A DNA stretch of 64,000 nucleotides from an uncultured Streptococcus sp. (GCA_902461025.1 CABPWC010000001.1:1258-65257); one strand, 5' to 3'; positions 55,004 through 62,371 are shown, counted from the stretch's first letter. Translations and numbers: made by a program. Notes: generated by a model not told the origin, from the letters alone.

Positions 55004-55425
55004 TCGTCTAAGAAATCGAAAATGCTCATTTGCTTTTCGACTGCTCCTTTCTCTTTCTTAATTTTGACCGCATCAACTTTATTTTCAGGAGGATTTTTAG
55101 GCTTTTCTATCTTCTTCTTGACAGATTCAACAGGTACCTGCTTGATGTTAGATACTTGCGAATTTGAGATAAAGTATTCTCGAATCCATCTGAATACAGT
55201 AGCGTCATCTATACAAGCGACTCCGTTTTCGGCAAATTTACGAGCTTTTTCTTTTGCGAAACTTAGAGCGCATTTCAGAGAGTATCGCTCTTTTAAGATG
55301 CCTTCGAATAATTCATTGTCTTCCTGATCGCATATCCAATTATGAACACGATCAAGTGCTGCATCATGTGGTTGGTTTAATTCCTCTAGCAACTTAGCCA
55401 GGGCTTTTTCTTTGATTTCATTCAT
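55000..55425 (-). CDS. PcfK/AcrIIA9-like family protein
   Basis: Upstream of PcfJ; KARK.AENGVACIDDATVF.WI.EYF and C-terminal QMSIFDF; start may instead be 55491. Confidence 0.7.
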   Translation of the reverse strand: MNEIKEKALAKLLEELNQPHDAALDRVHNWICDQEDNELFEGILKERYSLKCALSFAKEKARKFAENGVACIDDATVFRWIREYFISNSQVSNIKQVPVESVKKKIEKPKNPPENKVDAVKIKKEKGAVEKQMSIFDFLDE

Positions 55426-55434
55426 TTTGTTTTC

Positions 55435-55522
55435 AAAAAAATGCGACTGCCTTTTTGTTAATTGGCTAAATACGGGCAGTCGCTCGTCCATTAGTCACAC
55501 GACTGATTGACGCTTCCTAGCT
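55435..55522 (-). ncRNA. Candidate structured cis-regulatory RNA/terminator
   Basis: Stems CGTC/GACG, ATCAGTC/GACTAAT and GCGACTGCC/GGCAGTCGC followed by a U7 tract. Confidence 0.55.
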
Positions 55523-55527
55523 CGCTT

Positions 55528-55758
55528 TTAACGTGATTCGCGGCACGTTGATTTTACTGCTAAGTAATAACAATCTATCGCGCCATAATCAAAACGTACA
55601 TCGTCTTTTCCGATATATTTTCTGAATTTTGGCTTTGTAATCGATGAATAAGCTTTCTGATGACTTTTCATTTGTTCGATAAGATTATCCACATTATTGA
55701 AATAGCCAAGAAAGAATTTTCGATGTCCATTGTAGACAAAATACAATTTTAATAACAA
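55528..55758 (-). CDS. Hypothetical phage protein
   Basis: LYFVYNGH and RFDYGAIDCYY; AAAGGTGG RBS. Confidence 0.7.
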   Translation of the reverse strand: MLLKLYFVYNGHRKFFLGYFNNVDNLIEQMKSHQKAYSSITKPKFRKYIGKDDVRFDYGAIDCYYLAVKSTCRESR

Positions 55759-55772
55759 GGTATGCCACCTTT

Positions 55773-56543
55773 CTAAAAGTAGTCTTTCCTTTTATTTTTT
55801 AAATCATTGAATACCATCAGATGCTCATTGTCTACACCTTTCATCAAACGACTCATGAATGGCCGGCCATATCGCTTTTGGATTTCCTGTGCAGTTAGGT
55901 TTGTAGTGATAATCGTGTTGGCCCTTTTATTGAGGATGTTGTAAAGAATGCTGAAGGACCATTCACTGTCCTTCTCCATCCCAAGGTCATCAAGGACTAA
56001 AAACTTTGCGCTAGAGATTTTGTTTACCAGGAATTCCTCCTGGCTGAAATCTGTCTTAATCTTCATCAGAAGATCAGTAACATTGATGAAGATAGCAATT
56101 TCTTTTGTAATCGCTGATAGTTCCTTCATAATCGCAAATGCAAGATGGCTTTTACCTGTTCCAGCTTCGCCTTGAAAAATAACATTATTTCTGGCACCAT
56201 CTGCCCACTCTTTGCAGATTTTTTGGGCGAATTCTAACTTTTCAGCTTCTTTTTCTGTAGGCGTGTCAAAATTCTCAAGAGTAGCATTCTTCAGCACATC
56301 ATCATATAACGAGAATTTTTCAAGATAAAACTTTCTCTCTCTCTCGTATTCTGCATCAGCAAGCTCGTTTACTCTAATCTGATTTTCAGCATGAATGCGT
56401 TCTTTTTCACACAAACGGCAAAGGACATCATTTGTACGAAGAATTTTAATCAGTGGAATTTTGTGTTTATCGCAAATTTCGTCCTGTTCTTCTGTATTTC
56501 TGTGATAAGAGAGAGCCATTTCTTCTAAAGCATCAGTTACCAT
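55773..56543 (-). CDS. DnaC/IstB-like helicase loader ATPase
   Basis: CDKH/CRLC, GEAGTGKS, LVLDDLG, TTNL, SRL. Confidence 0.9.
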   Translation of the reverse strand: MVTDALEEMALSYHRNTEEQDEICDKHKIPLIKILRTNDVLCRLCEKERIHAENQIRVNELADAEYERERKFYLEKFSLYDDVLKNATLENFDTPTEKEAEKLEFAQKICKEWADGARNNVIFQGEAGTGKSHLAFAIMKELSAITKEIAIFINVTDLLMKIKTDFSQEEFLVNKISSAKFLVLDDLGMEKDSEWSFSILYNILNKRANTIITTNLTAQEIQKRYGRPFMSRLMKGVDNEHLMVFNDLKNKRKDYF

Positions 56544-56695
56544 GACATCCTACCTCCACAAGCTTTCCAGCTTGCCATATCGGACAAGCAAGCTGCCACT
56601 GTTTCTTTTGATTGCTTTTTCAAAAGAGATTTTTTCTGTTCGCTGATTGGATAGAAGTTTTCTTCAAATTGTTGAATTAATTCTAGAACCCCCAT
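56537..56695 (-). CDS. 52-aa hypothetical protein (below cutoff)
   Basis: MGVLELIQQFEENFYPISEQKK...GGRMSW overlaps both neighbours and fills the gap. Confidence 0.6.
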   Translation of the reverse strand: MGVLELIQQFEENFYPISEQKKSLLKKQSKETVAACLSDMASWKACGGRMSW

Positions 56696-57507
56696 TCCTT
56701 CTTTGCCTCCTGTTCTGACTGGTTTCCACGAGAATTAGTAAATCCTTTTGATTTATTAAAGTTTGATTGTTCTTCTTCTTGTTGTACTGTGGTTTTGATG
56801 CCGTTTTGCGCCCAATTCTTCAGAATACTGTTTACATATCCAAAATTTCGTTTTGAATTATCAGCAGCCTTGTCAATCGCAAGTTTTACTAATTCATACT
56901 CCATATGATCAAATTTAATGTAGTCAATTAGTTGTTCAAATTGTTTCCCATCAAGCACCCCGATACGAGATTGATAATATCCAGCAATAGCAGCATGATA
57001 GTTGTCCTTAGCAGAATCTATCTCTTCTATATCTCTATTCTCTTTTATATCTCTATTCTCTATCTCTATCTCTGGTGCTTGTTCGTCCGACATTTGTCCG
57101 GACAAATGTCCCAAAAGTTTTTGACCTTTTTCTAAAGCAATTTTTCGTCTATATTCACGTTTCCTATCTGCTTCAGTATTTGATGAACCAATAAAATTTT
57201 GGATATCAAGCATATAGATGGACCCATTGTCTAGCACCTCAATCAACCCCATCTCTTTAAATATCCCGACTGCTTTTTCTACAACTGCAATCGGTTGTCT
57301 AGTGATCGTTGATAGCATCTGTGCGTTATAAGGTATGCGGTCATTAAACATTAATTTCCCGTTGTTTTTAAGGCTTCTAAGGTAAAGTTTAAGTAGAATG
57401 TTAGAATAAAGTATCCCGTCTGGCATGCTTTCAAGGATTGCTATATCGTCATTGTCAAAAAAATTATCTCGCAATTTTAAGTAGTAATATTTTTTATTAT
57501 CAGACAT
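56683..57507 (-). CDS. Phage replication initiator (replisome organizer N-terminus plus DnaD domain)
   Basis: YYYLKLRDNFF, ILLKLYL, YVNSILKNW. Confidence 0.9.
   Translation of the reverse strand: MSDNKKYYYLKLRDNFFDNDDIAILESMPDGILYSNILLKLYLRSLKNNGKLMFNDRIPYNAQMLSTITRQPIAVVEKAVGIFKEMGLIEVLDNGSIYMLDIQNFIGSSNTEADRKREYRRKIALEKGQKLLGHLSGQMSDEQAPEIEIENRDIKENRDIEEIDSAKDNYHAAIAGYYQSRIGVLDGKQFEQLIDYIKFDHMEYELVKLAIDKAADNSKRNFGYVNSILKNWAQNGIKTTVQQEEEQSNFNKSKGFTNSRGNQSEQEAKKEWGF
57018..57110. repeat. Putative phage replication origin inside the initiator gene
   Basis: 22-bp perfect palindrome GACATTTGTCCGGACAAATGTC (57089-57110); TATATCTCTATTCTCT x2 (57028, 57046). Confidence 0.7.
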
Positions 57508-57525
57508 ATACTCCTCCGTTCAGCG

Positions 57526-57837
57526 TTATATCTTTGCTTTCCACTTCCTGCGATTTGCACGATATTCCTTCTTCATATCTTCAAAAATAAAACGGCTATC
57601 CACTTCCATTTTTTGAAGTTTCAATAAGCAGTAGTTTTTATCCAGCTCACGGTAATTTTGGGCTAGTTTTTGGTAGTCAATAAGGTGTTCCTTGATTGAA
57701 ATTAAATTCTCAAGGTTGTAGTTATAAAATGTTACGTCATGCCTTGATAGTTTTCGTTTTTTATCATTGAGAAGCTCGTTGTAAATTTGGATTGTATTTT
57801 CAACCCATTTGATTGATTTCTTGTAATCTGTTGACAT
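57526..57837 (-). CDS. Hypothetical phage protein
   Basis: AAGGAG RBS; basic C-terminus. Confidence 0.65.
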   Translation of the reverse strand: MSTDYKKSIKWVENTIQIYNELLNDKKRKLSRHDVTFYNYNLENLISIKEHLIDYQKLAQNYRELDKNYCLLKLQKMEVDSRFIFEDMKKEYRANRRKWKAKI

Positions 57838-57849
57838 TTGTTTTGCTCC

Positions 57850-58119
57850 TTATTTTTGCTTTTTTGATAGACCGACAGGAGGCTGTTCGTTAAACGTGAA
57901 CTTTCTGTCACAATTTCTGATGTTTTCACGAGCAATATTGTTGAATTGATTTCGCCCTTGTTGGTAGATTTCAATAATCATCTTGTCATGTTCTTCTTGC
58001 ACTTTCTTTTTTGCTTTTGCTTTTTGTTCACCGTATGCAATGAGTGACAATACAATGAACAAACTAATCATAGTTGTTGCAATTCCAAGAAATTGGCTTG
58101 CTAAAGTTGGTTCTGTCAT
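57850..58119 (-). CDS. Single-TM phage protein
   Basis: MTEP start, TM helix, RENIR motif. Confidence 0.65.
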   Translation of the reverse strand: MTEPTLASQFLGIATTMISLFIVLSLIAYGEQKAKAKKKVQEEHDKMIIEIYQQGRNQFNNIARENIRNCDRKFTFNEQPPVGLSKKQK

Positions 58120-58122
58120 TCT

Positions 58123-58293
58123 CTATACCTCTAATAGTTTTTCAAGGTCAGCTATGCGCTGATAAAGTATTTGGTTTTCTTCTTGTGCTGCAATCAATTC
58201 TCGGTTTAAGTCCAACGCAACCTCTCGCCAATCCACATTGACTTCGATTGCTGTTTTAAAAAACCATTTTGTAAGTTTATCTAGTAATTTCAT
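58123..58293 (-). CDS. Small coiled-coil phage protein
   Basis: Likely start MKLLDKL coupled to the upstream stop; DWREVALDLN. Confidence 0.6.
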   Translation of the reverse strand: MKLLDKLTKWFFKTAIEVNVDWREVALDLNRELIAAQEENQILYQRIADLEKLLEV

Positions 58294-58562
58294 CCAACCG
58301 ACCTCATTTTCTTGCTTGTTTCCATTTCTTTTTTCCATTCTCGACTACCTCTATATTGCAGGTATGTGTCAAATCCTTTAATTGTGACAAGTTGGCCATC
58401 ATTTCTGAGGTGTTTCTGTTGACTAGGCAATTTCTTCATCTCTCGTCTCATGTCTCCTGCTTGTCGCTTTGTGCATCCAAAAATGTGTTCTAATTCTTCA
58501 TCGTTGGCCGAAACCTTCTCAATGATCACATCCCTAATTCTCACAACTTCAATTGCTTCCAT
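58290..58562 (-). CDS. Small DNA-binding protein, possible excisionase
   Basis: Winged-HTH-like ELEHIFGCTKRQAGD..REM..LVTIKGFDTYL; start MEAIE behind AAAGGGG. Confidence 0.55.
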   Translation of the reverse strand: MEAIEVVRIRDVIIEKVSANDEELEHIFGCTKRQAGDMRREMKKLPSQQKHLRNDGQLVTIKGFDTYLQYRGSREWKKEMETSKKMRSVG

Positions 58563-58576
58563 TTCTGCCCCTTTCA

Positions 58577-58633
58577 TGTTATAATTTAAGTAGTAATTTT
58601 AGTAAGTACCTGATTGCAGTCAGGTGCTTTTTT
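58577..58633 (+). ncRNA. Candidate ~40-nt antisense RNA (promoter plus terminator, no ORF)
   Basis: TGtTATAAT 58577-58585, then AAGTACCTGA-TTGCAG-TCAGGTGCTTTTTT. Confidence 0.5.
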
Positions 58634-58645
58634 GTGTTCTAATTT

Positions 58646-59368
58646 TCATCCTCTCTGAGCTATGTTAAAAGCATTCAAATCCATGATTTTCATCTTAGTA
58701 TTGGTAGATGGCTCCCAAGTCATCCAATACTTCGATGCTGCTTCAGCGAATTTCTTTGGTAATAGGTCATAGCGACTGATGTTGAAATGATCCTTGAAAT
58801 CAATCTCAGCTTGTCTGAAGACTGATTGAGCGAATGCCTTATCTGCATAAGCTGGACTGTCAATTCCACCAAGGCAAGCTACCACTCGAGCCTTACGCTT
58901 CTTCAATAGCGACTGAGCATAACTTGGGTGAATCGGTTGTTCATTCTTGAGATAGTCGATATCTTCTAGCATTGTGACTTGTTGTTTCCGAAGTTCTTTT
59001 TGCCCAGTAAATAGAGCAATGAAGGCATCTTCATCTAGGTCCTCACGGATAAAACCGCCTTGTCTGCGAATAGCTGGCAACACCTCTGATGTTACCCAGC
59101 GCTTGAATTCTTTCGCCTGTGGCAATCTGCTAGATAAGATAAGTGAGTATAAGCCTGACTCATTGATGATGATTGTTTCTTGCGTTCTTCCAAGATTATC
59201 TGTGAGGCCCTGTTTTAGGGCGTCATCTTCATCAACGTGAAGGGCGATTGCATTTCTTGCTTTGCTATATCCTAAGATGTCAGCAACATCTTTTCCAACG
59301 AACCAAGGCTCGTCATTGATTGTCATAGTACGGACCTCTTGCCCGTGAAAATTAAAAATTTCGTTCAT
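58646..59368 (-). CDS. Antirepressor, BRO-N plus ORF6C-like domain
   Basis: PWFVGKDVA.ILGY, INESGLYSLI, WVTSEVLP.IR. Confidence 0.9.
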   Translation of the reverse strand: MNEIFNFHGQEVRTMTINDEPWFVGKDVADILGYSKARNAIALHVDEDDALKQGLTDNLGRTQETIIINESGLYSLILSSRLPQAKEFKRWVTSEVLPAIRRQGGFIREDLDEDAFIALFTGQKELRKQQVTMLEDIDYLKNEQPIHPSYAQSLLKKRKARVVACLGGIDSPAYADKAFAQSVFRQAEIDFKDHFNISRYDLLPKKFAEAASKYWMTWEPSTNTKMKIMDLNAFNIAQRG

Positions 59369-59398
59369 AGTATTCCTTTCTAAATTTGGTATAATAAA
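59359..59398. repeat. 40-bp cassette boundary repeat, copy 1 (rightward promoter plus leftward RBS/ATG)
   Basis: TTTCGTTCATAGTATTCCTTTCTAAATTTGGTATAATAAA, 38/40 identical to 60244-60283. Confidence 0.9.
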
Positions 59399-59420
59399 TA
59401 AAAACGATTGGAGGAGATTA

Positions 59421-59903
59421 ATGAAATCTTCATTTTTTCACTATCTAAAGGAAATCGTCTTATATGGTGTCCTAGTTCCGATTTCGACAGTTATCGTAGG
59501 ATTTCACCTTTTTACTACCTTTTATCCTATTTCTGATTCACTGTTAACAGATTTCTTGAAAGCTTTTACAGAACAAAGAATCCTTGCTATTGTATTTGTT
59601 CTTATTCTTTGCTTTATATTTTTCGGTTCAATTTATTTCTGTATTTCATGTGGACGAAATAGAAAATTGATACCTGATAAAGTTTATACACAAATCACAA
59701 CTTACATTTCATCTGTAGGTTTAGCGACTGCAGTGATAGCTGTCGCTACCTTGACTCTCACAGAATTACAGTTTTCAATCCTTACAGGTTGGATTGCTTT
59801 TATCGCTTTGTTGTTGCCACTTCTGAAGTTTAAAGTCCAATACAGCACCTATCAGAGTAGCGATAATGTAGCACAGAAAACTACCAAAAACAAAGCCAAT
59901 TAA
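59421..59903 (+). CDS. Multi-TM (about 4) moron protein, candidate superinfection exclusion/defence
   Basis: Reverse orientation, own promoter, GGAGGAG RBS, four hydrophobic segments. Confidence 0.75.
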   Translation: MKSSFFHYLKEIVLYGVLVPISTVIVGFHLFTTFYPISDSLLTDFLKAFTEQRILAIVFVLILCFIFFGSIYFCISCGRNRKLIPDKVYTQITTYISSVGLATAVIAVATLTLTELQFSILTGWIAFIALLLPLLKFKVQYSTYQSSDNVAQKTTKNKAN

Positions 59904-59918
59904 GAAAGGCTCTACCAT
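59775..59918 (-). CDS. 47-aa single-TM peptide antisense to the moron 3' end
   Basis: AGGAGAGAGGGAG RBS; MVEPFLIGFVFGSFLCYIIATLIGAVLDFKLQKWQQQSDKSNPTCKD. Confidence 0.55.
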   Translation of the reverse strand: MVEPFLIGFVFGSFLCYIIATLIGAVLDFKLQKWQQQSDKSNPTCKD

Positions 59919-60004
59919 TCTCCCTCTCTCCTTTCTTTCTTCTCAGCAATATAGGTCACGGTCCTCAATATCTCGTTGAGGGCTGTTCTTTCTAATTTGT
60001 TCAT
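59912..60004 (-). CDS. 30-aa leader peptide, paralogous to the N-terminus of 60923..61075
   Basis: GGAGGAGAGG RBS; MNKLERTALNEILRTVTYIAEKKERREGEW. Confidence 0.5.
   Translation of the reverse strand: MNKLERTALNEILRTVTYIAEKKERREGEW
59961..59993 (+). terminator. Terminator of moron 1
   Basis: GTCCTCAA-TATCTCG-TTGAGGGC then TGTTCTTTCT. Confidence 0.55.
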
Positions 60005-60022
60005 ATTCCTCTCCTCCAGCAC

Positions 60023-60253
60023 CTAATTTTGATGATTAGGTGTTTTTTGTTGCATAGCACGTTTTCTGATATCTTTCATCAAACAATCAGCTAAGTGAAG
60101 CATATTCGGGATTTTACTTCCTTTGATGCTACTAATAGCTCCTAAAGCTTCATAGTAGGTCTCTGTATGTTCCAAAATATCATCAACCATATTTTCAAAA
60201 TGTTTCTCAATAATTTCTTTGATGAGATCATTATTTTGTTTCTTTTCGTTCAT
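60023..60253 (-). CDS. Hypothetical phage protein
   Basis: AGAAAGG RBS within repeat copy 2; 76 aa. Confidence 0.65.
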   Translation of the reverse strand: MNEKKQNNDLIKEIIEKHFENMVDDILEHTETYYEALGAISSIKGSKIPNMLHLADCLMKDIRKRAMQQKTPNHQN

Positions 60254-60283
60254 TGTATCCCTTTCTAAATTTGGTATAATAAA
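60244..60283. repeat. 40-bp cassette boundary repeat, copy 2
   Basis: TTTCGTTCATTGTATCCCTTTCTAAATTTGGTATAATAAA. Confidence 0.9.
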
Positions 60284-60309
60284 GATAATAAAATTTGCGG
60301 AGTATAATT

Positions 60310-60969
60310 ATGACTGAAAAAATTTGTTTTATTGTAACTGCTATTGGCGAATCTGGAACACCTACCAGAGAGCGAGCTGACAATGTATATAAGTATCTTA
60401 TCGCCCCTGTTTGTGAAGAACTCGGTTATAAACCTGTTCGTGTTGATCACGTCAACGCAGTTGATAACATCAACACTACAATTATCAATTACCTTAAAAC
60501 TGCTCCTATGGTTATAGCAGATATGACAGACCATAATCCCAACGCATTCTACGAGTTAGGTTTCAGACAGGCGCTTGAACTTCCACTAGTCCCAATCATA
60601 AAAGTAGGAGGAAATCTTCCTTTTGATGTTATGACGACTCGTACCGTTTTCTATGATACGGATGTAGCAAAAATCGAAGAATCTAAAGAGAATTTAAAAG
60701 CTAAAATACAAAGTTTTAAAAACTTCGAAATGCCTGAAAGCCGCCTGGATAAAAGCCTTACATTAGATGATCTTGATGATAAACTAACTAAAAAGCTAGA
60801 CAAAATACTAAATCTTCTTGAAAAAAATCAGTCAAACTCTTCTCTCGGAATCATTGGTGGTTTAAATTTAAACGAATCACAAATTGACTATCAGTCATTA
60901 ACCCAACAATATCAAGATAGAATCACTCGGACTCAGAACCTGCTATCATCCCACGAAGATAAGAAATAA
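60310..60969 (+). CDS. Nucleoside 2-deoxyribosyltransferase-like (NDT/TIR-like fold) moron with coiled-coil tail
   Basis: CFIVTAIG, RVD, VIADMTDHNPNAFYELGFRQA, LPFDV; likely start MTEK behind GGAG. Confidence 0.8.
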   Translation: MTEKICFIVTAIGESGTPTRERADNVYKYLIAPVCEELGYKPVRVDHVNAVDNINTTIINYLKTAPMVIADMTDHNPNAFYELGFRQALELPLVPIIKVGGNLPFDVMTTRTVFYDTDVAKIEESKENLKAKIQSFKNFEMPESRLDKSLTLDDLDDKLTKKLDKILNLLEKNQSNSSLGIIGGLNLNESQIDYQSLTQQYQDRITRTQNLLSSHEDKK

Positions 60970-61075
60970 GTATTTCCTGCTGCTTTTGAATTTCAGCAAT
61001 TTCTTCAATCTTCCCGTTTATAAGTATAATTGTCCTCAAAACATCGTCGAGGGCATTTTTTTCAATTTCTTTCAT
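60923..61075 (-). CDS. 50-aa coiled-coil peptide overlapping the NDT-like gene antisense
   Basis: AGAAAGGAG RBS; MKEIEKNALDDVLRTIILINGKIEEIAEIQKQQEILISYLRGMIAGSESE. Confidence 0.7.
   Translation of the reverse strand: MKEIEKNALDDVLRTIILINGKIEEIAEIQKQQEILISYLRGMIAGSESE
61032..61062 (+). terminator. Terminator of moron 2
   Basis: GTCCTC...GAGGGC followed by A and T7. Confidence 0.6.
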
Positions 61076-61129
61076 GCGCACTCCTTTCTTTGTTGTTGTT
61101 TTCGCAACTTTTAGAGTAAAAAAATACTG

Positions 61130-61342
61130 CTAGAAATCCTCCATCTTGACACCTAGCAATTCTGCCAGCTTACTTGCCTCTGAGAATGTAAAGTCTCGCC
61201 CTTTATATCGGTTGATTTTCATGCTAAGTGTAGACTTATCCATCCCTAACTTGTCGGCAATATCATTCTGTTTCAAACCTTTAGAAACGATGATACCTTT
61301 TAAATTGTGGTATGGTTTATCCAGTACTAGTGAACCTTCCAT
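61130..61342 (-). CDS. cro: Cro-like repressor
   Basis: LKQNDIADKLGMDKSTLSMKIN..FTFSEA; divergent from cI; GGAAAGGAG RBS. Confidence 0.85.
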   Translation of the reverse strand: MEGSLVLDKPYHNLKGIIVSKGLKQNDIADKLGMDKSTLSMKINRYKGRDFTFSEASKLAELLGVKMEDF

Positions 61343-61357
61343 AGACCTCTCCTTTCC

Positions 61358-61478
61358 AAGTTGTCGTTTTCGCAACTTTATTTTATGAGTTAAGTATACA
61401 CTTTTATTTTTTCGTTGTCAACAACTTTTTTTAATTTTTTTAAAATAATTTGCGTTAACGAAACTTTTATGGTATTAT
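61358..61478. promoter_or_regulatory. Lysis-lysogeny switch: divergent promoters and operators
   Basis: Leftward TTGACA (61421-61416)-17 bp-TATACT; rightward TTGCGT (61450)-17 bp-TATTAT with TG extension; operator-like GTTGTCGTTTTCGCAAC at 61360-61376 with variants. Confidence 0.75.
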
Positions 61479-61503
61479 CATTATAGAAAAAGGAGCAACA
61501 ACA

Positions 61504-62241
61504 ATGATAGGAAACAAAATAAAAGAGCTTAGAAAAAGCCATAATCTAACTCTTGAAGAGTTAGCGGATATATTGAACAAGGAATATCCTGACACTATCA
61601 ATTTTAATAAAGGTAAAATTTCAAAATGGGAAAATGATAGAGAGGAACCTAGACTCTCATCTGTCAAAATCCTTGCTGATTATTTCGATGTCCCACTAGA
61701 TTATTTTAACGGCATTGATATTGATCAGGCTGAAATTCTAACCATTTTCAATCAACTAGACGAAGATAGACAAGCAAATGTAGTCGACTATGCCACTGTT
61801 CTATTAAACGAGCAAATCAGCATGAAGACATCAACAGTTCTAGAGAAGTACAAAGACGATGACTACATTATAGATTATGTCGAGGGATTAGTTGCAGCAG
61901 GTCATGGAACGTTCCAGGAAGATAATCTTCACATGGAGGTGAAACTTAGAGCTGAAGATGTCCCAGAAAGTTATGACACCATCGCTAAAGTGGCAGGCGA
62001 TAGTATGGAACCACTCATTGAAGATAATGATCTATTGTTCATCAAAGTTACCAGTCAGGTAGATATCAATTCAATCGGTATCTTCCAAATTAACGGTAAG
62101 AACTTCGTCAAGAAATTGAAAAGAGATTATGACGGTTCCTGGTATCTTCAAAGTCTAAATAGTGGATACGAGGAAATTCACTTGTCAGAGAATGACGACA
62201 TCCGCACAATCGGAGAGGTCGTTGACATTTACAAAGTCTAG
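61504..62241 (+). CDS. cI: CI-like repressor (XRE HTH plus S24 autopeptidase)
   Basis: HTH, VAAG cleavage site, GDSMEP Ser, VKKL Lys. Confidence 0.93.
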   Translation: MIGNKIKELRKSHNLTLEELADILNKEYPDTINFNKGKISKWENDREEPRLSSVKILADYFDVPLDYFNGIDIDQAEILTIFNQLDEDRQANVVDYATVLLNEQISMKTSTVLEKYKDDDYIIDYVEGLVAAGHGTFQEDNLHMEVKLRAEDVPESYDTIAKVAGDSMEPLIEDNDLLFIKVTSQVDINSIGIFQINGKNFVKKLKRDYDGSWYLQSLNSGYEEIHLSENDDIRTIGEVVDIYKV

Positions 62242-62257
62242 ACAAAACAAAAAAGCC

Positions 62258-62338
62258 CCACGCTCTCAAAAGTTTGGCGACTCTGAGCGTGGAGTAGGAT
62301 GTATAGAAAGACAGGCATTAAAAAGCCCTCTTTTCTAT
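62258..62338 (+). promoter_or_regulatory. Two hairpins in the integrase leader
   Basis: CCACGCTC/GAGCGTGG with TTGGCG loop; ATAGAAAGA..GGC/GCC..TCTTTTCTAT. Confidence 0.5.
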
Positions 62339-62371
62339 GTCTATTTTACCAAGAAATGAGGTGAAAAGCAA

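Noticed and set aside
55435..55522. Self-cleaving ribozyme
   Set aside because: No hammerhead, pistol, twister or HDV core consensus recognised; kept only as a generic structured RNA
58566..58572. TGCCCCT arm-like site at the RBS of the xis-like gene (another copy near 26134)
   Set aside because: Single 7-mers are expected a few times by chance in 64 kb, and this one is explained by the RBS
60265..60534. 89-aa antisense ORF over the 5' half of the NDT-like gene
   Set aside because: No RBS and shadow-like composition; the 60923..61075 ORF is far better supported
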